Source: Octopus sinensis (taxonomy: Eukaryota). Taken from it: a stretch of 64,000 nt of DNA. Of the stretch, positions 1 through 14,242 are shown piece after piece. The DNA is taken from NCBI RefSeq assembly GCF_006345805.1, contig NC_043009.1, positions 4,836,001 through 4,900,000 of the forward strand, in the 5' to 3' direction. Numbering within the stretch: position 1 is the first letter of the stretch; every line of letters starts with the position of its first letter. The position numbers and the translations under genes were made by a program. The notes under the pieces were generated by a model. The model had not been told where the DNA came from. It saw only the letters and a program-made list of their open reading frames with translations, and searched no databases.

Positions 1-90
1 CTGCCTATTATTCCACGCAGTAGTACTTAACTAGGAATCACGTTGTTGGAAAGCAAGCTTCTTACCCCATAAGCATACACATATATATAT

Positions 91-293
91 GTTGATTCGT
101 TAGCTACTGCACGCATTTTTTTTCTCTCCTTCTGTCTGTGTTTTTCTCTCTCTGTGTATCTTTCTGTTGAAGAGCGTAGGCTCGAAACGTTAAAGACTTG
201 TTTTATTTATATTTCCTGAGCGCCATACTAATACAATTGTTCGTTTGTTTTCCACCTGCCTTCGTCTTTTGTTTATTTTCATAAAGCTTCCCG

Positions 294-294
<1 letters not shown>
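91..294 (+). mobile_element. ~200-bp non-coding HHR-bearing element, family H1, inserted in (TA)n
   Basis: Flanked by (TA)n. Homologous over its length to 8321-8510 (minus) and 28088-28253 (plus). Confidence 0.7.
159..196 (+). ncRNA. Minimal type I hammerhead-like motif (H1)
   Basis: TCTTT-CTGTTGA-A-GAGC-gtag-GCTC-GAAA-C-GTT-AAAGA. 5-bp stem I, 4-bp stem II, palindromic AACGTT in place of stem III; core is CTGTTGA rather than CTGANGA. Confidence 0.6.
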
Positions 295-327
<33 letters not shown>

Positions 328-570
328 AATCATTAATATGAGGGAAGTTATTCCCGTGTCCACAAGGGAGAGAAATTCAATTTAGTGGTACTAAAATGAA
401 TTTCTCGCTGTATTATATACATATATATAGATAGGTTTAAGAGACCGAACCACCTTCAAGCAAATCAATCAACATTGAACAACATTATCTATGTTAGAAA
501 TATATAAGATTAAATTTCATCAAAATTAATATCTACAATTACTATTGTGAATCTTATATTAAATTACATA

Positions 571-700
571 GACTACGCGCGTTTCATGACAATATATCTA
601 TCGGTATTGCTGAAATAGAAGGTCTCAAATTCAATACCTATATATACATATCATATTAGATATATATATATATATATTATATATATTCATTCTTCAGTTG
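571..700 (-). ncRNA. Hammerhead-like motif with ~105-nt stem II region
   Basis: Minus strand: CTGAAGA-ATGA...TCAT-GAAAC-GCGC-GTA (palindromic ACGCGCGT). Stem I is poor. Confidence 0.45.
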
Positions 701-737
701 CTTATTACTATTCTTAATTTTAACTCATGTCCATTGT

Positions 738-777
738 CCGGAAATGTTTCGTCACACATCTGTGATCTTTTCAACGG
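738..777 (-). ncRNA. Degenerate hammerhead motif, family H5
   Basis: CCG-TTGAAAA-GATCAC-agatgt-GTGAC-GAAAC-ATTTC-CGG. The paralog at 27606-27647 keeps CTGAAGA but has lost GAAA. Confidence 0.4.
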
Positions 778-869
778 CACTTTCCGTCCTCGAGTGTGCT
801 CTTGCTCCGCTTAGAAGAACAGAATGTACTATACATACATACATACATACATACATACATACATAAATA

Positions 870-933
<64 letters not shown>

Positions 934-2042
934 TATTTTTATATACACATAGATACACACATTCATACACATACATATATATCATACATATATATAAATG
1001 CATTCATACGTACATGCATACATATAGATGTGCTGTGTTCCTGATGAATTTATTATTGTTGGGGAGACAATATCTTCTAAGATAAGAAGACATTGTTTCG
1101 TCATTGTCTGCTACATAAAATAAAGTTATTAATGTTTATAATCTTATAATATAGCAATGTTTTGTGGTATTCTATCCTCCTTTGCCATCACCAGCACTGC
1201 ATCAGCTGAGAGAAATAAATTAATTTAAATTCAGCATTCTACAAAGTTTGGTATGAAGAGAAAATACTTTAGAGTGTAAAAAGGCATAAATGAATAATTC
1301 TCATCCTAAATCATTAACTACTTAGTAGTTGACAAAAGAGAAAGGGATAGAGGGAAAGAGAGAGCGAGAGAGAGAGAGAGAGAGAGAAAGAGAGGAGAAA
1401 GAACGAGGGGGAGAGAACAGAAAAGAGAAGAGGGTTCATTTTCTTTCATGCTGGTTAAATATCTCCAAGGGAAGTCCATCGTGTACGATCGATTTTTTAT
1501 ATATATTTAGAGCCATTTCTCTTTTTACCTGCGAACAACTTTCACCAGCCTCTTTTGGTGCATGCTTTCCGGGAACAGATAAAAATTTCCGGGTGTTACT
1601 TCGTTTCGTCCTACCCATCAAGGACTGTTAGAAAAGTCAGGCTTCATGTTCACGTCGCTATAGCTGTTGCCACTAATTTTTCATGAATATTTTGAATTAA
1701 AAGTGACCAGGGGAATTTGAACATCTGATGAGATCGTGGTGATTTTAGCGTTTTAGGTAAAACAATATTTTGTGGCTGAAGTAAAGTTGCGCTCTTTGCA
1801 TCAAAGAGTAAAGAGCATACAAAAATAAATTTTCTATACGTTTGTATCTGTGGGTAACACTATTTTTTCCCCACTGGAATCGTCAGAACGGCAAAACATG
1901 AGACACAATTTAAATAAATTTAATTGAATTCAAAATTCCTGAATTTTCTTATAAAGAGGAAATGGTTTATAAATCAGAAAAAATCATGTTTTGCATTCTA
2001 AATCGCTAAAAGTCTAACAGTGGAAAATAGAGGAAGAGAGGG

Positions 2043-2084
<42 letters not shown>

Positions 2085-2151
2085 GGAGATATTTCTTACA
2101 TGCAATTTAAATCCTCCTGTGTTGGAATGTCTGATTAAAAGCGCATATATA

Positions 2152-2598
2152 AGCGCAAACGTGGCTCTGTGGTAAGAAGGTTGCTTACCAACCACATGGT
2201 TCTGGGTTCAGTCCCACTGAGTGGCAGCTTGGGCACGTGTTTTTCCGGTATAGCATTGGTGTATGTATGTATGTATGTATGTATGTATGTATATATTATA
2301 TCTATATATATATATATATATAATATATCTATATATAATGCATGTATTTGTATATATATATATATATATATATATAATCTGTGTGTTGTGTGTGTGAGCG
2401 TGTGTTTGTGTTTGTACCCCCTCTATCGCTTGGCAACTGATTGCTGTGTTTACGTCCACGAAACTTAGCCGTTAGGCAAAACGCACAAAGAATAGAATAG
2501 GTACTAAGCTCACAAAGAATAAATCCTGGCGTATATGTCGTCGACGAAAAGTGTTGCACCAGAATGGCCGTATTCACATGACCGAAAGAAATAAAATT
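2152..2598 (+). mobile_element. tRNA-derived SINE, family A
   Basis: A/B-box-like head (GTGGCTCTGTGGTAAG...GGGTTCAGTCCC), internal TA/TG microsatellite, 3' half shared with 14675-15067. Confidence 0.8.
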
Positions 2599-2616
2599 AT
2601 GAAAGACAATATCACT

Positions 2617-2649
2617 TTAACCTCGAGCACCGCCGGGTATCTCTGCTAG
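2617..2649 (+). mobile_element. Isolated Helitron 3' end
   Basis: CTCGAGCACCGCCGGG-TATCTCTG-CTAG|T matches the terminus at 46016-46043. Confidence 0.5.
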
Positions 2650-3488
2650 TGTGTGTGATTGTGTGTTTGGTGTGTGTGTAAATTATATATATATATATAT
2701 ATATTATTTATACATATATATATATTTAACCTACCTATCTATCTGTCTATCTATCTACCTATCTACCATCTATCTATCTATCTATATATACACACACACA
2801 TAAACGCATATACGAGTGTGTGTGGGGTGTGGGTGGATCATGTGATCCTGCATCTACAGATCAGCATACATGGCTATATTGATTGATCTTAAGGTAAGGA
2901 GGTGTTGATAGGGAGTGAGAAAGCGTATAAACTCAGCCGAAATCTCTAAATGAACGACGTCGTAGCAATAGAGAAAAAAAAACTGAGCGTTTATATATGT
3001 AAGGGATTTAGAAGGCTGGATAACTCTAGGAACAACATCTCAGAAGGGGCCTGAACTTCGTATTTAACTAAATGGACAGGCATGCGTTTTGTAAATCCTG
3101 TAGCTGAATCCACGTAACTATAAGAGCTGTTTACATTGAAGGAGAGATAAGGCCGAATATCAAAATTTCCTAGAAGACAATGTATTATATTGTCAGCATC
3201 TCAAGAAATATTATTCACAAGATATAAGAGAATCTGCTGCTCGGACAGAATCGAGAAATTTCATATAACTTAATTTGTGGACGATGATCTTGAGCGGAAG
3301 ATGTACTGGAAGATGGGTCACCTCGAATCTACCTGGATAAAGGATTCTCCTGTATTTGTGGACAGATTAACCTCAATAATGCTTCTGTCTGACATTTTTT
3401 TATCCGCATTGCAATAGTTTATCGTGAATTCGCTGACGCATCTATTTACATACAAACCTTCATACATGCGTACATACATACATATGTA

Positions 3489-3590
<102 letters not shown>

Positions 3591-4840
3591 GTATGGTGTG
3601 TGTACGTGTGTGTACATATGTCAGCGAGTTTATATAATTGTGTATCTTTGATTGTGTGTAGTGTGGCTAGATTTGTATGTGTGTTCGCGTGTGTTCTGTC
3701 GTGTATAAGTACATCAGGATTTGTGACCACTGTTGTATGACACATTCTGTATTTCATGTTTAAGCCCTTGTGGACGATAAAGAATTATTATTATTATTAT
3801 TATTATAATTTTTATTATTATGATTTGTAGTAGTAGTAGTAATAGTAGTAGTGGTAGTAGTAATGCAACGTGAGCAGATTTTTCGTAATGTGTATCTGTT
3901 TAAAAGGCATGATAACAATACTTTATTATTACTAGCATGGCCCTCAAAAGGAGAAAAAAAATTGTTATATATAACTTTATCAGAATGAAAACAAGAAAAT
4001 ATAGAAATAAATATATTACCAACGAGTACCGATCAAAGACAATAAACGAGCGAATACCAAACACTAGCTCACTGTTCACCAGTCTCCCCCCCTCTCTCTC
4101 GCTCTCTCTTTGTCTTTTTCTCTGCTTTCTATCTATTTCATGTATCGATCCGTCTGTTTGTCTCGCTGTGTGTCTGTCTTTCTGCAGCTCTGTCGCTATA
4201 CGCACAGACATGTAGTCACCCAGTCATATTCAACATGTTACAAAGATTTGTAATATCTACGCGCGGCGATTCATTGACACTCTCCATATTAATGTGCTTA
4301 TGAGAATATATATATAGGTGCGTGTGTGTGTATGTATGTATGAATGTATACAAAAATACAAAATTGAGACAAGAACACAAAACATCCAGACAGGTGAAAC
4401 AAAAAAAGGAAACCAAAATATCCAGACAGACGATACAAGGAAAACAAGGTCGGATCATTCGGAGTTTTCTATCTTCAGTCAAATTCCAGATTATCTTTGC
4501 AATTTCGGTTGGTTATACTCGAGATTGCTCCAATCTGGCCAGCCCCAAGGAAAAATAAGCTAAGAGCATTAGATTCCTTGGAAGAAAGCAGCGAATGTAT
4601 GCGAAACATATATATGCATGTATGCATGTATGTATGTATGTATGTATTTATGTATGTATGTAGGTATGTATGGTATGTATGTATGTATGTATGTTGTAGT
4701 ATGTATGTATGTATGTATGTATGTATGTATTATGTATGTATGTATGTATGTATGTATGTATGTCTTTATGTATATATGTAGATGTGTATATATGTAAATA
4801 TCTGTATATCTTTATCTGTCAATCTCTCTATCCATCTATC

Positions 4841-4874
<34 letters not shown>

Positions 4875-4875
4875 C

Positions 4876-4913
<38 letters not shown>

Positions 4914-4970
4914 ATATAACGTACATACATACATGGAAATATATATACATTATATCTATCTATCTATCTA

Positions 4971-5027
<57 letters not shown>

Positions 5028-5857
5028 GCATTTATAAATGTAAGTACATAAATATTTAGACGTATTATTACTAAGTAATTACGCTACATAATCTTCCATT
5101 ACTGAACTGTTTCAGCTGTATGAAATTGGCAAATAGTACAAGTAAAACGTTTTATTTCACCCTCATTGAAAACTGTGGAATCCTGTGCAATGCGCCTGAT
5201 CTCTACGGAAGGTCTCTGTAGGTCTTTCAGAAATTGATGACAGCAATGTGCAAAATATTCTCACCTCATATTCGATGAAAGCTTGTGCAGACCGGAATAT
5301 TATAAACTTGACCGCATGTCTTGTTTCGCTATAGTTTTATAGGAATCTGCTTTATTTCAGTAATATACCTATTAGTTAATAGCATTTGTTGCCGGATGTA
5401 TTTTGTTAAAGTGGTTATTGTTATTCCCTTTGACAATGAAACTGTAAATGTATCTACAAAGCACTCAAAGTACATTTGGAGAACTAACGACAATAATGGA
5501 GACAACACACTGGAGCAGAGAATTAAAGAGAGAAAAATCTAGAATGGCAATTCATAAATTGAGCGGAATGATAATACAATCCGTCCGTGAAGGCAATTGA
5601 AGATTTTCTGCACGCACTTTCTGACTATTTTGAACTTAATAAACAGCCCTAGCCACCATTCGAATGCATTCAGTTAAAATATAAATTAAATGTTCGTTTA
5701 TTTTGAAATACTTCAAAACTTATATACTTTATCTAGTGTGGCACTCTTTTAGCTGTGCATTCTTTATCGTTATTATAAAATAATTTATTTCCTATATTCC
5801 TCTCCTAGTATATTTTCAAATACCAGCCAGCCCGTTCCATAATTGTTACTATCAAAT

Positions 5858-5975
5858 AGGCGGAGGCGTAGCTGTGTGGTAAGAATGTTCTTTCCCAACC
5901 ACATGGTTCCGGGTTTCGTTCCACTGCATGACCGCTTCAGTAAGCGTCTTCTACTGTAGATTCGGACTGACCAAA
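5858..5975 (+). mobile_element. SINE family A, 5' fragment
   Basis: AGGCGGAGGCGTAGCTGTGTGGTAAG...CCACATGGTTCCGGG head. Confidence 0.7.
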
Positions 5976-6218
5976 TAATCACGATCTGAGAAGTTCGAGC
6001 GACGGAGGTAAGCGTTGATTATCTGCCACTGCTAATAGCTATGCTATTATATTCAGCATATAACCATATGGGCGTTTTCTCTCTTGGTAAATATTGCAGT
6101 ATTTGTGTTCTAACGCAACATCCACTTGGAAATGATGTCAATATTACATTTGGATATTAATACTGCTTCTCTCGCTTTTTACTATATATACATAAGTATT
6201 TAAAAATATGCATATATA

Positions 6219-6344
<126 letters not shown>

Positions 6345-6764
6345 TATGTGTGTGTGTGTGTGTGTGTGTGGGTGCATGTTACATACAAATATACATAAAT
6401 ACATTCACAGAAGAACATATATAACGAGCACCCTCACAGTTTCATTCTGCATATTTCACAAAAAATTCAATGGCCAAGACACTGGATCAGTGTACCGCAA
6501 AGCGGAGCCGAATTTTAAGCCCAGTATTAACAAAATATAAACCCATACAACAAAGAGAGAGGAAGGTACTACATTAGAAATTGAATGAATTGAACGTGGC
6601 ACGAATTTCTTCACTTTTTGAGATTACGTCAAGCGTAGACGTACGTATATTATTTGCAAAAGCTAAGGAACGAATAAATGCGTAAATTCAGGTGAACCTT
6701 GTCGGTAGCAGATTATTAACTATTACACACACACACACACACACATACACACACACTCACACAC

Positions 6765-7250
6765 AGAGGATGATTGAAATGTAACCCTCTATTTTATAAT
6801 ACTTATTAATTATTTATTTATTGCAATTATTTTCTCAGACTTTTTATGTTCGTTTATTTATTTTTGAAGAACGACAATTTAATCTGAAATCGTATTGTTC
6901 TTGTTGTTTGTGAATTGCTGAATGCCTAATTCCCTAGAAGATGGATAGGGTCATTGTTATCCGCATGAATGGCCAGCCAGGAGTCCTAGCTTAAAACCTT
7001 GTGACTTCTTTCTTCGGGGTTTGTTAAAGGAACAAGTCTACCGTAACAAACCAAAGTCTTTCGAAGGCCTTGAAGGTAGAATAAGACAAAGTATGTCTTG
7101 TTCCATCTCACAAGTGTTTCTGGTGAAATCAGTCGACGTAATTCCTGGCCGACACAAGAAGCCGCTGGCGACATCTGAACCCCATATCGAATTTTAAATA
7201 AAACCTCATACTAATAACTTTCTTCTCATATATATTGCCATTAATAAATA
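6765..7250 (+). mobile_element. Tc1/mariner (IS630-like) transposon remnant
   Basis: Broken frames FPRRWIG / EWPARSPSLKPCDFFLRGLLKEQVYRNKP, matching the WPPRSPDLxPxDFFLWG motif. TIR-like GGATGATTGAAATGTAACCCTCTATTTT is shared with 30113. Confidence 0.75.
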
Positions 7251-7601
7251 ATTGGTTCTCCATTTATGTATAGATATAAGTCAGCAGTGTTGTTCATGAA
7301 CATAAGCAAAGAGTGATTCGTTTTACCGATTTAGTCAATACTCAGGTTTCAGATGTCCTCTCTCATACGGCATTGCAATAGCCCAAGGTATAGGTAAGGG
7401 CCGAGACAGGCTTGTGTGAATTTTATCACACGAAAATCATTCGAGAACAAATATCACAAAACGTTTAGCCCAAAATTGCAAATTGTTCTCACAATACATC
7501 GCCTCATTTTATTTATTTACATGCAGGCAGACAAACACGCAAGCATAAACATACACTCACACACACATACACATACACTCACACACAGATAAATATGTAA
7601 G

Positions 7602-7683
7602 TCATTACAGCCGTTTCTAACGAATTTTGTTATTGATAAATGGGTAGATTATATCATTATAAAAATCCGTTTCCTTCAGATGA
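7602..7683 (-). ncRNA. Type I hammerhead-like motif with extended stem II
   Basis: TCAT-CTGAAGG-A-AACGGATTTT...AAAATTCGTT-A-GAAAC-GGCT-GTA-ATGA. 4-bp stem I, 10-bp stem II, A9G core variant. Confidence 0.55.
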
Positions 7684-8085
7684 ATCCATGAATTTTACAA
7701 TCGAGGATACTTATACACCTCCCATGGAAAATCACTACTTCCGAGGTTCCGCTCGAAATGAAACATATGTAGATCAGATGTAGTCCATTCCTATATTTTT
7801 AGATCTTAGGTCGCGTACCCGGTATATATATATATAACAAACATCAGAAAAGGAAAAACTGCCCAAGGATGTTTACTGGTTAAATTAATAGGTTGATGAT
7901 CCGGAAAAGAAGACATAAATTATAGAGTAAACCGTATTGGATACCTTCGTTGAATGCCTGAAGGATATCCAGGTTTGGCGGAAATAGGAGAAGAAAGAAG
8001 GGAATACAGAACATCAGAAGAAATGTTCCTTGGTTTGATTCATATGTTCGAACAATCTCTCTCTCTCTGTACACACACACACACA

Positions 8086-8163
<78 letters not shown>

Positions 8164-8171
8164 AATATATA

Positions 8172-8702
8172 TGTGGTCCCGATTCAGTCTCACGGTATTG
8201 CACCTTGGGCAAGTGCTTTCTACTATAGCCTCGGATCGACCAAAGCCTTGTGAGTGGATTTGGTAAACGGAAACTGAAAGAAACCCGTCGTATATATATA
8301 TATATGTATGTATATATATATTGGGAGCGTTTACGAAAAAAACAAAAGACGAAGACAGGTGGTGTACAAAACAAACAGATGCATTAGTATAACGCTTAGG
8401 AATAGAAAAAATATTTTACGTTTCGAGCCTACGCTCTTCTACAGAAAGGGACACAGAAAAAACAAGGAGAGAAACAAGGAGAGAAAAAAATGTGTGTAGT
8501 GGCTAACGATGTGTTTGTGTTTGTCCCCCTCACCATCGCTGGACAACCAATGCTGGTGTGTTTACGTCCCTGTAATCTAGCGGTTCGGCAAAACGGTCCG
8601 ATAGAATAAGTACTAGGCTTATAACGAACAAGTCCTGAAGTCGATTTGTTCGACTAAAGGCGGTACTCCAGCATGGGCACAGTAAAATTACTGACCTAAG
8701 TA
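8172..8702 (+). mobile_element. SINE family A (5'-truncated), interrupted by an H1 element
   Basis: CACCTTGGGCAAG...CCAAAGCCTTGTGAGTGGATTTGG...GGCGGTACTCCAGCATGG. Confidence 0.8.
8321..8510 (-). mobile_element. H1 element nested in the SINE's internal (TA)n; HHR-like motif at 8414-8447
   Basis: Minus strand: TTT-CTGTAGA-A-GAGC-gtag-GCTC-GAAAC-GTA-AAA. Homologous to 91-294. Confidence 0.7.
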
Positions 8703-8707
8703 GATAT

Positions 8708-8743
<36 letters not shown>

Positions 8744-8832
8744 TGGGAGGGCGAGAGATAAATACATTGATAGATAGATTGATAGATAAACGCATAGATA
8801 GATACAGAGAAATAGACAGACAGACAGACAGG

Positions 8833-8877
<45 letters not shown>

Positions 8878-9284
8878 GGATAGATAGATGAAAGGAAGGA
8901 AAGATGAGAAATGACTGTAGGCGAATCGTTTCTGAAAAGTCTAGATGTGCCCCGATGTAAATTGTGGTAAATACTCCGTACTTTGTGTTCTGTGGTATAT
9001 CTGTAATTCATTCTTCTCTTTTGTGTAATGCATTTAGACATAAATTCATAGCACAGTCTATGTTGTGTCTTTGTTCTGCACTCTCAGAGATTAAAAATCT
9101 CGCTTAAATGAACTAGAATTGTACTGCCTTGGTTTGTGTGCATCAAGGTAACATATAAACATATAAACATACATATATACAGACACACACACACATATAT
9201 ATATATACCGAAATATATACATAGGTATATATATATGTATATATGTACATACAACGTACATACGTATATGTACGTATATATGCG

Positions 9285-9357
<73 letters not shown>

Positions 9358-12300
9358 ATATGTGTGTATATATCAACGTATATATGTTGCATGCACAAAT
9401 ACGTACACATACGCTATACATACACATAAAGAACGATTTTCATGGCTGAAGTGATAAAGAGAGAAAATCTAGTTGACTGTTAATGCCTTTATCGGAAGAA
9501 AGATTAGAAAAACAAATGGGTAAATTTATTTCTAAATGTTTTTATTTATTTACATATCGGTTTCATCTTGTGTCTCTGATAAATACATTTGTAGTTTTCC
9601 GAATGTCTGTTAGTGTTTTTATATTATTTTAAGTGTTTTCTTTTTATTAAATATATGTCCATCTTAGCTTCTACTTCTACTGTTTTTTTTTATTGTGTGT
9701 TTTGTGTCTACCATTAAATCTTTCTTTAATTATCTGGAGAAGTTTTGTTGAAAAAGAAAACAGAATAGAAATACTTGTCTCTTAACTAACAATGCAAATA
9801 AGAAAACAAACGTAATACTAACCAGTTACACTAATAATAATAACAGTGGCAACAACACTGATAAAAAGTTTTAAAAATACGGGAAAAAACATATTTAGTT
9901 ATAATCTAAATTGAGCATGTTCTCAGTTAATGTTAGTTAAGTATAAAATAAAATCGACTGATAGATTACAGAGACAATAAATTAAAACGAAATAATGGAA
10001 GAAAAACTAAGACGGAGAGAACAAAAAAGAAATCAATTAATATGTTTTCCTAGGAATTTTCGAACCTATCAGTTTAAATTTAATCCACATTTATTTGTTC
10101 AGATGTTTATACAGTTCAGGCTCTTGTTATTGTTAGTTTTCCATTTGCCGTTTGTTTCTTTGTTTCCATTCTAATTGTATTCATCCTGCTCCTCCTCTCC
10201 CTTCGTGCCCCTCTTCCTATTCCCTTTCTTTATCCTTATTTTTTTACGGAGTTGAACTGGAAGAACCAATAATATGTTGTATGGAATCGTTTGATTCTAT
10301 GGTTCCAGCTTTCAACGTTCTAAGTTCATTACCCGTGAATGCCATGTATGTCTTTTCATGTTTTTTAGTGGACAGATAATATAAAATAGCACCAACGTTT
10401 CAACGATCGTACGATTCTCCTCCCGATTATGTTTTGGAGAGCATTTGGAGCTCGGAATTCCAGTTTTGCCAGATTGGGCCTTGCTGATTTGGACTGTGAA
10501 GTATTTGCGTTATGGTTATACGAGTCTAATATATTCAACCATTTACACTAGAATTTTACGTGTAAGAATTGTGTTGATGAAGCGTGTCAGAATTTACTGT
10601 TAAAACCGATGACGAATAGTGTGTTTTGTTCTTCTTTTGTTTGAAAATGTACGAAAATTACACATTGGTATTATGTGCTTTGGCTGCAATTCAAAAAGCA
10701 ACTCGACCATAGGTCACAAACTTATAGGTATCTATGGAATCGTTATGAGACAGAGTTAAACCCTTTGACAGTCACACACGTTGCTCAGTGGAGCTACCAA
10801 GATTTTCAACTGAAGAGAAAGCGTTATACCGAACGTCTGTCTAGTATATTATTCCATCAAATTTGCCTTCGCTGGAATTTGAACTCTGAACGTATAGTGT
10901 TGGAGCAAATACCCGAAAATATTTTGTCTGACACTAACAATTTTATCCATACAAGACACAACAGTGAAAACGAAGGAAAATTACTATATCGAACTTGTAG
11001 CTGCTGGTGCTAATGTTAGTAGTGGTGGTGGTGGTGGTGGGGTGATGTTGGTGGTGGTGAAGCAAAAATGACCGAATTGCTTCTAAATCATGAATGATGT
11101 TTAGTTACAGTCCTTTACACGAAAGTGGTTTCAGCAATTCATTCAGTCGTTGAGGGTTGATAAAATATGCATCAATAATTTGCTGAGGTCAATTAAATTG
11201 ACCATACGCTACACATTAATAGAATCGTGCTAACATGATAAATCAGAATTAACAGTGCTTCACTGATACATAGTTAGAATTGCCACAAATAATTTTTCCG
11301 TTCTGAAAACGATGAGTTTGAGTGTTAACATTGTTGTTGCGTTACCCCAGGTCAAACTATCGTTTTTGAACAGAACGCTGGAAAACTTGGACATGACTTC
11401 TATAAACATACAACTACCAACATAAGAGACAATCATGTATGATATGCCTTTGATCATATAAGTTCTGTTCAATTTGTTAAAGCGTGTTTGTCTGTAACGA
11501 ACATTGATTTGCTTTTATGATCAACACACTTAAACTTGCTTTTCAAGAAAAATACAAACTAAATATGTGTAGGCACATTTACAAAGGAAGAAACAGTAAT
11601 TTTGTTGTTTATTTTTTTAGCCTCATTTCGTTCAACACTACAGTAGCCATATGTCTCAGTTATATATGTGGGAGCTTTTAGTGTAGCAGATATTCTTTCT
11701 CTTAAAGTACAAAATGTACAGAGTAATTTCTTTCATAATTTCTCAACTGGTACAGCAATATTTGTAACAGAACATCGTAGTAATGAAATGGATAAATGAA
11801 AACGCAAAAGGCACACCGATATCAGTTGGATCCTGCACCGCCTGCTATTAAGTGTAAGTAGGGCAGATACAAAGAGAAGTTTTGTCAGTCATCATAAATA
11901 CCTGTATAATAAATGAGGATGCAAAATAAAGAACAAACCGCCCGGGATCAAGGGTCTAAAAGAGGTACGACGGATATGATGTTTATACGTTGTACAGTGG
12001 TAAATGAATTACCCAAGATCTCATAAAATTTCGAAAGTTAACATTCACATCTTGAAGAATGCTCAGAAGAAACTCTATCGCTTGATAAGATTTCAATAAG
12101 AGGCACTGATCACCAGAGTCCATATATTTCCTGAAATCAACAGGTTTTCAAGTTTGGTTCCTTTTGTTGTGTTGTTGAGGTTGATGTCATTTACGACTGG
12201 TCAAATTTACTATGAAGATTTGCATTTACTACGATCAACACTACTAGGTGTTGATACAGAAAATCTAGCTTAATCTCATCAGGCACTGGGAAATCATTAA

Positions 12301-13688
12301 CTTGCAATGTATAAAGTAAATTTACAACAGTTGTCGTCATTAACTTTTTTTATCATTTCACTGTTAAATCTTTTTGGGGTAACATTTATAAGTTATCATC
12401 CATGTGAAGTGATACTTCTCTTGTCACTTCGGTGGGTGCTAGGCATAACAACTACTTAAAAAGGAACGGCGCTATCCAAAAAAAGAAAAAAAAAGTAGAC
12501 AGGTTAAGGACCACTGGCCTACATTATTCTTAACATAGTAGTGTCATCATTCATCTCCAGGAAGCTCTAAGAGTGGAAAACTCTAATCAAAAGCAATATG
12601 GTCCGAGCTGATATTATACAAAGTCTGTCTTTTCATATAACAATTAGTCCAAAGGTATCTTGTTACTCTTTCTAGCAAATTGTGGTGTAAAATTACAAAG
12701 TAAATCATAATAAATTTATGCATCCTATTTCCAGTCGTTATTTTTTTTTTCTTTGTTTATTTCGTTTTTTTTTCTTTTACATTTCTTTCTCGCAATTTGT
12801 GTATTGGCATGGTGCCATTTTATTTAAACCAAGACAGTTAATTGTGCTCGCAGACTATTGCGTTTAAATTTTACTCATCTAATTTAGAAGTATATTTCCG
12901 AAGAGCAATGGTTATTGACATGAATGCCATCGGCAAATGTTCGTTAATATATTAAACGAAGATTTTTAATTAACTTGTAAAACGAAAATAAAAAAAGAAA
13001 AGCAAAAAAGAACAAACGATAAATAAAAAAGCTTTAAAAACCTAAAATAATTTCAACAATTATTAGACATAAAAAATATATGTGTGTATACAAAAAAAAA
13101 TGTGACATGTAACAAATATCTAATTCCGACTTTTTGTGGTATAAACTGCTTTTGAAGAAATAATTACACCTAAATTAGTTGGTGAAATATTTCAATCTAA
13201 TGGTCAAAACGATAACATCTTCCATCAAATCATATTAGTTTTTCTTGATAAAAGATATTTATCTATTTGTATAATTTCAGCCAAAAACATTTGAGCAGCA
13301 ATTGAATGTAACTAAACAAAGATAATGATAAGATTTTTTAAATATTTATTATTCATTTGCATATTTGTTATTTTTTTTACAATTTATGTATTTGTTTATG
13401 TTAGAATTTAATTAAATCCGACTAAATGAAGATGAAGTTTTTATTTTCATTTCTGTTTCATCATTCTTCAATCATAGACAACTTAGAGTTTTCTATTAGC
13501 TATTTGACCCTATTTCAAAATTCCAATCAATTTCAGTAACTGAGTTGTTTCCCATGCATTTGAGAAGAATTGTCATTAACACATATGATTTTTTTTCTTT
13601 TTCTTTACTACGGATCCAATATACATCTGCAGGGAACGAAACTGTACTGCAGCCACTTTGATTAGTTATCAGAAAAAAGCTATATTTC

Positions 13689-13765
<77 letters not shown>

Positions 13766-14242
13766 TGTGTGTGTATGTATGTACGTGTATCTTCCGGTGG
13801 GATTTCGTGATAGAACCGATTGATATTTCGTACACCCGCTGTTTACCTATTTCAAATGAATATGTAATATGTCAAAGTGGAACAGTTTATGCAATAGAAC
13901 GGTGTCCTGTTAAGTGGAAAATTTGTCTGTCATTCCATTGAAATCATTAAACGAAGAATATTCAACATTTGCATAAAGAAAACACTTGGGAGTTGTGAAG
14001 ACACTGGTATGTCGTCACATTTGTTAGAGATTCACATAAGCTGACGAGAAATAACAAGCAAGTACGAAATTGTGTAAATATCTTGTGGGTGCATTGTTTT
14101 GTTGACAATGGGAGCAACCAACTGAAAGATAAAAAAACGACAGCAAATTGGTGTAAGTATGAAACACAAGGCTGCTGGAAACATAGCGTTTCTTGTTTAG
14201 CTTAATTTACGGCAAAATGAAAGAAAAAAATTTACAAAAAAC

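Noticed and set aside
1041-1100. CTGATGA followed by a long hairpin (GAGACAATATCTTCT/AGAAGACATTGTTTC)
   Set aside because: No downstream GAAA core or stem I.
2890-3420. Possible decayed DNA-transposon coding sequence
   Set aside because: No diagnostic motif could be read in any frame.
11885-12130. Possible minus-strand exons (KYMDSGDQCLLL...MRSW / VFYDD*)
   Set aside because: Splice signals are plausible but weak, there is no recognisable homology, and the frame is short enough to arise by chance.
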